Source: Klebsormidium nitens (lineage: Eukaryota > Plantae > Klebsormidiophyceae). Taken from it: a stretch of DNA of 64,000 bases. This document shows positions 24,609-36,189 of the stretch, in pieces (positions within the stretch are counted from its first letter, which is position 1; every line of letters starts with the position of its first letter). The notes under the pieces were generated by a model that was not told where the DNA came from, made no database searches, and was given only the letters and a program-made list of their open reading frames with translations. Made by a program: the position numbers and the translations under genes. The stretch covers positions 62,001 to 126,000 of the forward strand of contig DF237144.1 of assembly GCA_000708835.1 (NCBI GenBank), written 5' to 3'.

Positions 24609-25985
24609 TAACATACAGCAAATCACAGTCGACGAAACGGAATCTTGTGATGAATGACGTACCGGATTCCTCAATTTATTGGGGACCAACCTGCTTCAAG
24701 TTTGGTGGCAACACTCCAGATTCCAGATTCTAGATGGTGACAGGCTGAGACAGCCGGCCTTAGCTGTGGTACCTCGTCTAGTGTTTCTCACTTCTCCGTC
24801 CCAGCCAATCACAATGCGTGTATAGCAAGTTTCCATCAGGACCACAACCTCTAGCAGGTAGGTACCGTAGTAAGATAATGACAAGTCCGATCAAGTATCG
24901 GCCTCTAGTTTTACAGATGTCTGCATTGATCGGCATATTGGAATCAGGTGCAGCTACAAGCCAATCCAGCATTGCACATTGCCCGGTTGCATCCTGACAT
25001 TGACAACTTTCTAGAAGAGGCTGCAGCTGCCGTCTATTTTCAAAGCATTGGGGCTGACATCCTTTTGCCAGAGACACGTACTTGCTTTACGATTCTACGC
25101 CACTGGTGGTGATCGATATACTCTCTGGTCAGCTACTTTGGCACATTCGTTTTTACCAACGCCAAGTAAAGCCGCTGTACTCACGACAATGTTTGGTGAG
25201 TCGCCGGCCAGACTGCCTGGTTATACCTGTAGTCTCTTCGCTTGTTCTTCATAAGTCAGCTCCTCTTCATTCTGAATTCTAGAAGCGATAAGTTCTTTCT
25301 TTCTCTTCTTGATCTTGCTCTCATTGCATTCAAAGCTGTTCCGGCTGCCTTGCCTTGCTTCGGGTCTTCATTTCCTAGGCTGTTAAATTCTGTGCGTGGA
25401 GGTTTGCAGCTGCAATCAGCTCCCCGTGTCGGCAGGTTTGTCCTAGCTAGCTTTGGCATCTTGTTTATCTTCTACTGCAGCATAGAGACAACTGGGGTTT
25501 TGAGACAAAAAGCGATGGACAACTTTGACGGAGTTATGCAATTCAAAGCAGGGCACCAACGAACAGCCTGTCTAGATCTAGGTTGACTCCAAAGAAAAAA
25601 CTTACCTACCACTAAAGTCAAAGTGCATCCCCAATCCATTTTCACAACATGGTGACACCCCACTCCTTCTGCAGTCTGCAAACATTCATTTGACCACTGA
25701 CCAGCTGTAGATGTACAAATCATGAACGTTCCTTCTGAGTACTTTCTGCTTCTTCCCCAATGTTTTGTGACCAGTTTTGAAACAGCCCTCCTCCTGCTCA
25801 GGATCAGTGTTCAAAGCCCACTGTCAGTCACACTCGCTCAACATTTACTTGAGTGTACTCTGTACTCAACAGGCGTGATCAAGTTCTGGACACCTAGACC
25901 AGTTGTCAAAAGCAACATGTCGACACTGTCCATGAATCTCGTTTGACTCTGTTCCCAGTACGGTCTGCTTCCCTATGCAGGTACA

Positions 25986-28900
25986 ATGGCGCCCCTAACG
26001 AAAACCCTCGCTCTAGTTCTTCTGCTTGCTCTTGTAGCCGCCAGCGCCGAAGGGCGCACCATGTAAGTCACCTTGTCTCATCCCACAAGCTCAGGTCTTG
26101 TAATTGTCATTCTGTGAGTAACCCTGACACAGAAAGTGGGTCAGCAACTTAACAAGTATAGCTGGAACTGGTTGTTGTCTTTAACAAGCCTCTCATTGAG
26201 GTCAAACATTGGCAGAGTCTGACCACCACTGGAAGGTTACGCTTTTCCAATGTCGTAGGTACATCTTTGGGAGCTTAATTACATGACTTACATTGCTGAG
26301 GATTAGGAGTGCATGCTTGGACACGTGTGTGACCATGCCAGGATTTACGAGAAAGGGCTCAAGTAAACTCAAGCAATTGTGATCAGGGAACTTTTTTCTG
26401 GATATCATGTGAGAAGAACTGTCTGCACCGAGACTCAGCCCTGCAGCTCAGTTTTCGCATCTGAAGAAGGCAAGGACTGATTACTTTATCCTTGTGTTAG
26501 ACAAGGACCCACTGACTCAAAAGCACCTTCATCATTGATCAATACCTGGCAGCACAGGGGTAGTTTCGAATTGTGCTGCAAGTAGTTGTTTGGACAATTC
26601 GATTCAATATGATATCCGTCACTTTTGGAAAAGTTCTAATTGTAAAGATGATCAGCAGAGCAACTTAGTGAGAGCTCCCTTCTCACTAGGAATGTAGCTG
26701 AATACTCACAAGGATCCAATCCCTATAAAGCCATACCTGGGGCCGGGGTTAGGGTGGTTGTGGTTTGGAGCGGTTCAGTGTTCTGGTTGGGGCTTCTGGT
26801 TAGACCGTTGCACTTCGTTCTTTCAAATCGATGCTAATCTCTTTTGAATCTTAAAAGTTTCGTGGTTATTCTTCGCAGGAGGTCTTTGCTGCAGACCCCA
26901 GGCTCGCTGCCGCCGGTTTTCTTGGACGAGATTCACTGGGACAACGCCGCCCTCGATTTTGGTCGGTGAAACTCTGAGCCACTTTCTCTGTGTGTGTCCG
27001 AAATGAAACCCTGAACTTGGACGAGAATGGTAAAGTCCGTGCTTGTCTGTCTGATAATATTTGCCTGCGGTTATGTGTCTTCCCTACTACTCCCCAGGCC
27101 GCAAGCTGCGACTGGATTTCTTCGCTCATTTGGCCTTTGTTTACTGCATGTTCCCTCCTAACTTTCTAATCTCGGCAACTCCTTCCTCTCCGATCCTTGA
27201 ATCCTTCAGCTCAATACTGGGTCGTTTCTCATCTACAGAAGCTTTCACAGTCTTAAGCCATTCGTTCTTATCAATCACTTCGCTACACATCCTATCAGAT
27301 ACTCGTCGCAATCTGGGGCCGAAAAAGGTGACTCGGTGGAACGTATCAGGCCCGCGGAATCCAGCTCCCATGCCTGGAGCATATCTCGATATATTCCGAA
27401 ACCAATTGAAGGCGAACTCCATTTTGTTTCGATTTGAATTTCCGTGCTCCTGCGATACCTTGACCTGCACGCAGGCAAGGCCGTTGAGGTGAAGACATGT
27501 GGGGATAAACAGTATGGACCCCAATCCAACCGCGCTTTCGCATGCAAGAAGGCGAACCTGTTCAGTCTTTCCTCGAATCATCCAGAAATGTCCCGTTCTA
27601 CTCATTTCATGTGAGGGGTTGGCGTTTTCCCGATCCGCATGTATTGCTCTCCTCTCGCTTGCTGGCCCGTAGCCCGCTGATACGTGTCCAAGAAACTTTT
27701 GCTTTCTGTCCAAGTCAGCTTCCGAAGCCGTCCGACCCTTGTCCGGACGCAGGTTAAGCGGTCTAGACTTTCGGACCTGCAGGAATAGACATAGGTGCTT
27801 GGACTGTGACCCGCGACTACGTGTCCTGAAAAGGTCTGTTTCTTGACCGAGTCAGCTTCCCAATCCGTTCGAATCTTGTCCGAGCGCAGGTGAATCGGTT
27901 GGAGGTTAATTTCCGGACCTGCGGGGACTGTTCTCGGTGGCTGACCGTGACTGGCTAAAACCGTACTCAAATAATGTCCGCTTTTCCTCCAAGTCAGTTT
28001 TCGAAGTGGTCCGAATTTTGTCCGAACGCAGGCAAAGCGGTCGAGATTTTCCGGTCGGACCTGCGGGGACTGAACTTGGTGGCTGGACCGTGACGCGCTA
28101 CCTGTCCAGAAAACGTCTGTTTCTAGTTCAAGTAAGCTTCTGAACCTGTCCGAATTTTGTCCGAACGCAGGTGAAGCGGTGGAGATTTGCGGACCTGCGG
28201 GGACTGATCTCGATGGTTAGGGCTGGAACGTGACCCGGTATCGAGTGACCAAATAACATCCACTCTTTTTAAGAACTAGCTTCCGAACCCGTCCAAATCT
28301 TGTTTGAGCGCAGGTGAAGCAGTGGAGATTTTCGGACCTGCGGGACTGATCTCAGAGGCTGGACCATGACTTGCTGATACTTGTCCAAATAACGTCCGCC
28401 TTTTTTCCGACTCACTCTCCGGACTCGTCCGAATCTGGCAACTTCCACAACCGTCCGAATCTTGTCCGAACGCAGGTGAAGCAGTCGAGATTTTTGGACC
28501 TGCGGGGACGGATCTCAGTGGCTGGACCGTGACCCGCTACCTGTCCAGAAATGCCGGGGGGAATATCTGCATGAACGCCGACACTTCGCAGCAGAACGCA
28601 GGTGTGAAGGGGCCCTGCGGAGTCGGGAACCCGTTCACAATCCCGGCAGGAACTACGATTCCGTCGCAGACGGTGAGAGTATTTACATCCGCCGTCGTGC
28701 CTGAGGTTGTGTTTCATTTCGCGCTTCCCGATCGGTAGAGACGTCACGAATGTCACCCCTGGACTTCGCGCTCTTCCACTTCGAAAGAAAATTGCGACTC
28801 TGAAGTTTCGTTGGCAAGCCCGCTTTGCTCGACAGTTTCCTCAATATTCTCCAGCGCGAACTCCGTCAAATCGACCAGCCTCGCGAGTCCCGATGTATTT

Positions 28901-31900
28901 CTGGACATTCGTAAGTTTGATGATTAAAGTCCAAATCGCTCACAAGCTCCTTTATACGTCCAGGTTGCCAACGGCATCGGCTATGGCACCGTCGTCGTGT
29001 TGATTCCCAACAACGGCCTCGTAAACGGTGGAGTTGCCGTCGTTCTTGCGAACGCGCAAGCAGTCGTACAGGATTACCTTTTCTTCGGGGCGCCCAGCCC
29101 CCTCACTCTAGTTGGCGGCCCTGCAAACGGACAAACTGTGTAAGAATCCGCCCATTTCCTGTTTGGTTTTTTCTCTCTCTCTCGGTTCTGCATCCCTGTT
29201 CATGGACAGTGAGCGGAGTTTTTTGCACGTCTCTGGTTTGCGTGTTTGGGTCCCTCTGACGCTGACTTTCCGTTCAGTGGTGGTCCGTCCGCTTATCTCT
29301 TTTGCCCGTTTGTCTCACACACACGATATTGGCTTACGTAGAGCGTTTTTTGCGGTTTGCAGTACCAACAACATCGGGAGCGGTGAGAACGGCAACGGCC
29401 CGATTGGGAATTCCGTAAGTCATCGCAAGCGCGTCTTCGACAGCGGCTACGGTGTTTGACCTGCAGGTTTGAGAAGCGTCGAGTTACGGCGCCGGAATGA
29501 GGAAAGCATGCAATTTGCCCATGGATCGTAAGGCGAGTTTTGCGCTGCATCAGGTTGTTGCAAAAGGTCATAAACCTGTTTCTTACATTCGGTCATTGGA
29601 CTGGAGGCGCGTCAAGCGCGTCAAGCTTGTTACATTGAACCAATGAATGATCGGGCGAGAGGGACGTTTGGGAAAAAGCTTCTAAGAACAGGGACTGTGG
29701 TTCCACATATCTTCTCCTTTTCGAATAACAGCCTTTCTGTAGCGATGCCTCAAGGTCATGCAAGGCTGCGCTGATATCGTGTACATTTTGTTCGACAGTA
29801 GACAGCGCTTCTTCACGTAAATCTCCTTTGCAGCGGATAACTTCCCATGATTCTTTCACATTAAGCCGCTTTATTCCGTGCGCGCAGATCCAACGGTTTG
29901 GCCCGACGACTTATGATACGACCACGAACGGGGCGCCCAACACCTTCGGCACCGCGTACCAGGCGTACCTCCCGGTTAGCGCTAATCCGGGGGGGATCAG
30001 CTCGTCTAACCTGGACGCCAACACCGGGTTAGTCAACTTTCCGGCCGGAACTACTACGGCGGCCGGAACGACTCCCCTGCAGCCTACGTCCTGGAACACT
30101 GGCCCGATCGTACTCTCTCCGGGGGGGCTGCCGAGCGCTACCGTGCTAACGAACCTGATCATCGCCTCCGGCAGTGAGTTTTCTCACTGGCCTACGTACG
30201 TTTTTGCGGGCCAGAGATGAGCCTAACAGACCCAAAGCATTGGTTTCACGTCGAGCAAGTAGGCCTAAATTGAGTTGGATGAGTTCTTCGTCTACCGTGA
30301 TCGTATTGTCCACCGCCACCGCGCTGGCGATCTGAGTCTTCGACTCGAGGAGAGTGATGGCAAATTACACTAGGCCAGCAGAAGTAGCAAAGTTCTTGCT
30401 GTTAAGATAGGTGATGAGTAAGCCTCAGTTGAACAACGGTCCGATTGGGCTTTCTCAAGGGGGGCTGCCGACTAGTGCCACAGTGCTGGCGAATCTGATC
30501 CTTGCATCATCGAGTCAGCATGGTTGTCGCTTTGCCGGTTTTAGGCCTGGGGAGATAGAATAGTTTTGATTGAACACGTTCAAGAGACAGTTTCAGATTC
30601 TAAACATGGAATGTTATCCATATTCAGAACAGAAACTAGGTGTCCAGATACGGAGGTAACCACGAGTTGTATGCGTCCATTCCGAAAACATGCTTTGCCG
30701 CCCCGAGTGCGGTCCAGAGGAGCATCACAAACGAACTAATGCTGGCTAGGTGGAGCAAAACGCTGCACACTTCGCCTTCCTTGACAGCCAGTTTCAGAGG
30801 TGACTCGGCTCTTGTTCAGCATCTCTTTCGCAAACTGTCCATCACCAAAACTTCGTCAATCCAAGCATTTCCGCTCTTCTGTCAAACTTCGGAAAGGGAA
30901 CCTCAAAGTACCCAACTTCTTCTTCCGTTCGATGCAGTTCCGGCGGGTAGCATCACTCCCGCCCCGACCACTCAGTCTCCGACCACTACTCCCGCCCCGA
31001 CCACTTTTGCCCCGACCACAACTCCTTCTCCGACCACTCAATCTCCTACAACCACTCCCGCCCCGACCACTCTTCCCCCGGCCACTCCCGGCCCGACCAT
31101 TCTTCCCCCGGTCACTCCTGCCCCGACTACCTCTGCCCCGATCACTCCGGCACCTACCAGCGGAATCTACTCTTCTCCATCGGCCTCGACGTGCACGGCG
31201 CTCGCCCCTGGCCTCCCTAACCGTGAGTCTCAAACCCTGGGTTTACCTTAACCTGCTCCTGAAGCTGCGTGCGGAAACGTTTGTAGGGAAAGCAGCACCT
31301 ACCAGCGGAATAATTCCTCTCCGTCTGCTTTTACATGCGCGGGGCTCGCCCTTGGGCTGTCCCAACCGTGACTTGTGGACCCCTTATTCACACCATTTAT
31401 TTTTTCCGTGCTCTCGAAGCTGGATATGCGAAAAACGTATTTAGGAGCAAGCGACGCGATTGCCGATTGGTTTGAAGGAGTTTGCTGCAGAGCCGAAGGA
31501 TTTTCCGCTTTCATAAATTGATTCTGGGTCCGTCAAGGGATCGATGTATGTCGCCTGTCAGAAGGCAGCGATAAGGAGTTTCTGACCACTTTGATCAGCT
31601 TTGACTTGAGCACGTTCAGATTTGTCAAGCTTTAATGAAAGTGGCGTTTCATCAGGCACTTTGCAGCGCACCGATCCGGATCCTGAGAGATGTCAATAAC
31701 ACGGTACAGAAACCTTGACATTTCGACAGACGTGGAATCACGTGGGGTGCGTGCCTTTGGAACTTTGAGCACCCATCCAAAACGGTTCGTTAGCCGCTGA
31801 GCAGAGGATAATTGACGTCTCTTGACGTTGCCCGTACACAACCAGAAGGCTCACACTTCAAAAACATTCCGATCACCTCTTCTCAAACAAATCGTCGTGT

Positions 31901-34196
31901 CTTGACCGTGCCTCGACCCGTTTTTTAACCTCACCCACAGATCTACCGCAGCTTGCTTCAACAACGACGCGTCCAAATGCATGATCATCTGCTGCGCAGG
32001 AGTCTGCGCCCCGGGCACTGACTGTCATTCTCTGGACTGTACGGACTCAAGACACGAAACGAGACTGACATCACTCCAATGATATTTCAATGCCCAGAAA
32101 TGAATATTAGCTGGTCTTCCGCGAGACGCTGAGAACTAGGTTGATTCCAGTTCAATTCCAGGTTTGCTCCAAATCAATTGCATTAAGGCAGATCTAATCT
32201 GATCAAACCTGATGAACTAAGAACTGATTCCGATTGCAGCTTGCTTCAACAACGACGGTTCCAAATTCGTCTGCTGCGCCGGGGCCTGCGCCGCGGGCAC
32301 TCCTGGCGCCGCCCCTGCCTGCGCCGGCGGCCCCACGTCCGCCCCGACCACTGCTGCCCCGACCACTGCCGCCCCGGTGACTCCTGCCCCGACCACTTCT
32401 GCCCCGACCCCTGGGCCGACTTTCGCAACCGCCTCGGGCGCGACGTAAGTCGCCACATGTGCAGTTATAACTGCTTGAAACGGCTTCAGTTTTTGCGTTT
32501 CATTTATTGTGCGGCGAGCGGTGTATCTGTTCTGGTTACTACGACTCTTGCCCCGACCACCTATGCCCCGACCACTTCTGCCCCGACCCCTGGGCCGACT
32601 TTCGCAACCGCCTCGGGCGCGACGTAAGTCGCCACATGTCCAGTTATAACGGCTTAAAACGGCTTCAGTTTTGTTATTTATTGTGCGGCGAGCGCTGTAT
32701 CTGTTCTGGTTACTACGACTCTCGCCCCGACCACCTCTGCCCCGACCACTTCTGCCCCGACCCCTGGGCCGACTTTCTCGACAGCCTCGGCGCGAAGTAA
32801 GTTCCACGTCCGGTATTTCTGCGAGCTTGTAATGGGCGCTGAATTCTCTTTTGTCGGTTCATTTTGACAACAACTCCTGCGCCTACCACTCCTGCCCCAA
32901 CCAACTCTGCCCCGACCACCTCGAACCCGACCACTTCTGCCTCGGCCCCTGCGCCGACTTTCTCGACGGCGTCAGGTGCTTCGTAAGTCGCCAAGTGTTC
33001 AATTTCGGCTTGTATTCTTACGAGATTTTAGCGGGCGCTGCACCTCTTCCATGAGCCCTTCCCCTACAAGCCCAGCGCCCACCATTCTCCCCCCAACAAC
33101 CGCCGGACCAATCCCGTGCCGATTTTCTTGACAGCCTCAGACGTAACGTGAGCTTCCACTTGTCCAGAAACAGGTGAGATTCCGCTTCCGAAACGTCGCC
33201 AGCTGGCATGAAACTTCTGTTTGTAGCCGGGCGCCTCGTAGTTGAGTCACCAATTTTGGCACCGACTTTGAAGTTTGTCGGTCTAAACGATCCAGCGCAC
33301 GGCACGCAATTTCGTGCCTTTCTTGTTCCAAAGGAACGTGCGAATGCATCAGAGAGCGACCGGTAGAGCCAAGGGCCTGCCGTCCGATCGCCACAGATCA
33401 CGCGGGGACGTCTTTCTTTTAGGCGTCAATCGATCCACAGGAAGCGTTGGCTTTAAATCAGGAGCCAAACCGGGGCCGGATTGGAGCATCTTGCGTCAAT
33501 ATTGGCATACAAAGCGGAGAGGCCGCTTTGCTGAGTCTAGGAACAGGTCCAAGCGAAGCGTCTTCTTTCTGCACGGAAGGTTCTTGTTCCTTGTGTTTTG
33601 GCCCCCGAACCGGTGTTTAGATCCGGTTCCTCCGCCGATTGTCTGGGGGGTGTCTGGGCTGAGATGCTTCCAGTTTGCTTAAGTAGCTGAAGTTAACTAG
33701 CTGACAAGCCAATGCTCATAAGACACATCGTGGGCAGACCCTTTACTGCTCTTGATCGTCCTAGGTTAACCGGGGCTTGATCTCCATTTCCGCAACTGCG
33801 ATGCTTATTCCGTCGCTCAACCGACTCTTTCCTTTCCCTACCGATCGCAGGTGTAACGCCTACTCTGCCAACTCCTACTCGTGTTACAGCAGCGACGGCT
33901 TCACTTTCGCGTGCTGCCCAACCCCCTCGTGCGCGCCCGGCGGCGCGGCCGCGTGCGCGGGAGCGCCAACCGCGGTCCCTACCACCGCCGCCCCGGTCCC
34001 AACCACCGCTGCCCCGGTCCCTACCACTGCCGCCCCGGTCCCTACCTCCGCGGTCTTCCCCACCGGAAGTGGTAACAATTGCAATCCGGTCGGGCAGTTC
34101 CAGTGCTTCAACAACGACGGCAGTCTCTACACGTGTTGCATCGGCCCCCGGAAGTGCGCCCCGGGCACACCCGGGCCGGTCCCCGCGTGCGCTTAG
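25986..34196 (+). CDS. Secreted LTD-like domain / Pro-Thr mucin- or AGP-like / Cys-rich module protein, ~568 aa
   Basis: Exons: 25986-26062, 26879-26961, 28476-28672, 28964-29139, 29363-29414, 29888-30173, 30938-31222, 32240-32444, optional 32519-32623, 33851-34196 (1707 nt core, phases consistent). Signal peptide MAPLTKTLALVLLLALVAASAEG, then RTMRSLLQ, then VFLDEIHWDNAALDFGEAVEIFGPAGTDLSGWTV...GYGTVVVLIPNNGLVNGG...VVQDYLFFG...VGGPANGQT...NTFG. This is followed by PTT(x)AP repeats and three C-[FY]-x-x-DG-x3-4-CC-x3-5-CA[AP]G modules. A 5'-UTR acceptor (TATGCAG) lies 5 nt before the ATG. Confidence 0.82.
27610..28475 (+). repeat. ~140-bp tandem array of acceptor plus exon-3-start copies in intron 2 of the LTD gene
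   Basis: CGCAG|G acceptors end at 27752, 27889, 28031, 28170, 28313 and 28475 (functional). Each is followed by a degenerate GTGAAGCRGTSGAGATTTTYGGACCTGCGGGGACTGATCTC...GGCTGGACCGTGAC (GEAVEIFGPAGTDLSGWTV). A fainter copy lies near 27610-27700. Confidence 0.88.
32445..33150 (+). repeat. Tandem intron+exon units (~175-200 bp) encoding Pro/Thr stalk, decaying towards the 3' end
   Basis: Donor GTAAGT recurs at 32445, 32624, ~32797 and ~32984, with a GTAACG remnant at ~33143. Each is preceded by CCGACTTTC[GT]C[AG]AC.GC.TC.GG.GC. Unit 1 gives an intact 105-nt cassette exon; later units are frameshifted or lack an acceptor. Confidence 0.8.
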
Positions 34197-36189
34197 GCCT
34201 CACATGCGATTTTGTGTGAATAATCGGGCTCACGTAGCTCGTTAGTGCATGAATAATTGGCCGCTTCGCAGCTCATCAATTCATAATCTGGAGGAGAGAG
34301 GAAGTCTGCGGACTAGAAAAAGGGTGCGGATTGACTCATTGTAGTGAAGCGCAGAGATACTTTTACGTGTTGTCCATTCTGATGATTCTTTCGGAGACTA
34401 GCTAGACATGCGCGTGCATGCGCTGAGGCGGCCCGAGAAAGCAGTCGGGTTGACTTATCAGTGAAGTTGTTCGAGTGCATTTCTGGTGCACGATTTTTGC
34501 AGGCCACGGCATAGCTGGAGTTCTTACTTACTGCTGCTAGCGCTAGGTCCGAACTCGGTGACCTCGCAGATGATTTTGATAGTGCCATATCGCTTTGGCC
34601 AATGAGAAGAGCTACGAGCCTCGGAGCTAGAGAGTCGTCGGCCCCGGAACATGGAATACTTGACCCCCAGTATTCTGTATTCCAAGGTTTCAAAAAGGCA
34701 GTATTCCGTATTCCAAGGTGCTCGGGTATTCTGTATTCCGTAGAGTCGAGACGCCGGATGTGAGGATTAAAGGACGATTTTGGGCTCTGCATACTTACAG
34801 AATAAAGGTGCGTCTCCGCGGCGCATGTAGCAACCATGTAGCAACAATAAAGTGGAAAAGTGAGTTGTCACTTGTAATTAAGGTAGGATCGATCAGGACT
34901 TCCAGTGTCGTGTGCAAGTACGTGCTTGCCTGGCAGCGTTTCTTGCAAGATGATCTGAAATGCTTTTGCCATCTCACTGAGTCTGCAAAAGCGGAAATAG
35001 GCCCTCGATCGGACTCCCGTTGAAAACAATAAGCAAGCCGGCCTCGCGCTTATGGTTCAGCGCGCTGCCCGGATCCCATGGCTATATCAAAAGCTACATT
35101 TGTAGAGCGAAGTTGCATTCGAGTGGAAAGCTACCCTTTCATAATGCCGATTGAGCCACCGTGTGGGAGCTTGGAAAAGACTGATTGCATGGTGACTCAT
35201 GTGGACGGATTCAATGAGAACTCCAAGCAAGTGGTGATCGAATGCTTCCGCCTCTGCCACTCGTATTATGCACTGCTGGCACGGCCGCATGCGACTGGAC
35301 ACTTCAAAGCTGAGCTACCTGCATCACGATCAGCAATATTCATGCATGCGCCGCTCAGTGTCCGACCGCGTATAATCGAATAATGATCCAATACAGTACG
35401 TCGTGATATAGGATTCAATGTTCCGCTTCGACCGACTGTAAGTCTTCTCTCGATCTGGCGCTAGCGAGCACTCGCGAGCTCGCGAGCGAGCCTGCATGTG
35501 ACGGACACTATATGGCGCGGCAAGGCCATGCCCGCCAGTACATCGCATATGACATGCAGCAGATCATGCACTAATCATTGGATGCCCGGCCCAGCGGCAG
35601 CTCGTCAAACCGGCAGCTAGCCGTCATTTCAATTCCAATTGATCCGAGATGCGACGACCAGCATTCGCAAAACACCAGAGCGAAGCGACGCAGAACTGAT
35701 TAGTTGCGGACCCGATATAATCGAATTCAAGGCATGCAAGCCATACGTCATTGCTAATCGGTTCGTCATGATTCGCTTCCATCGAGTAAACATCAATCTG
35801 CATGCCGTCATGCTCTAGGACGACTTGGTTAACGAAACCTGAGAATCAGTGTGGAAGCTAGGGAAAGCCTGCCAGCCGGAACGCAGCGCCATATATGCAA
35901 GCTGATTAACCTCTTGACTTGCAGTAAGTCACTTCTTTGCATGGTACAAATCACACGTACAGCGCTTACAGTTTCTTTTAGGGAACGTGGCTAGGGCTAC
36001 TTGGCTAGTCTCGCTCCCGGGTCCGTATCCAGATTTGCAAAACAAGCGAAACGAGCAGTAACGAGCGGTCTGTAAGTTGGATTCTTCAGTGGCCCGTCGA
36101 CTGGGCCGAAATACCTTATGAAATGGAAACGCCCTAGCGCGAACTATGCGAAAATTAGTGCGAGATGCTCCTAATTGTCTAGAGAATAA

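Noticed and set aside
24156-24689. 177-aa minus-strand ORF (MVPNKL...)
   Set aside because: It runs through both TIRs of the 24210-24608 MITE and has no recognisable motif; most likely chance.
24700-25960. Cys-containing short ORFs suggesting a transposase relic
   Set aside because: No catalytic motif identified; the region is probably 5'-UTR intron or promoter of the LTD gene.
27700-28475. Regularly spaced repeats that might suggest a CRISPR array or a minus-strand repeat protein
   Set aside because: Whole ~140-bp units are homologous with no unique spacers, and they are copies of an exon start in a eukaryotic intron. The minus-strand ORFs are short and frameshifted, and there are no cas genes.
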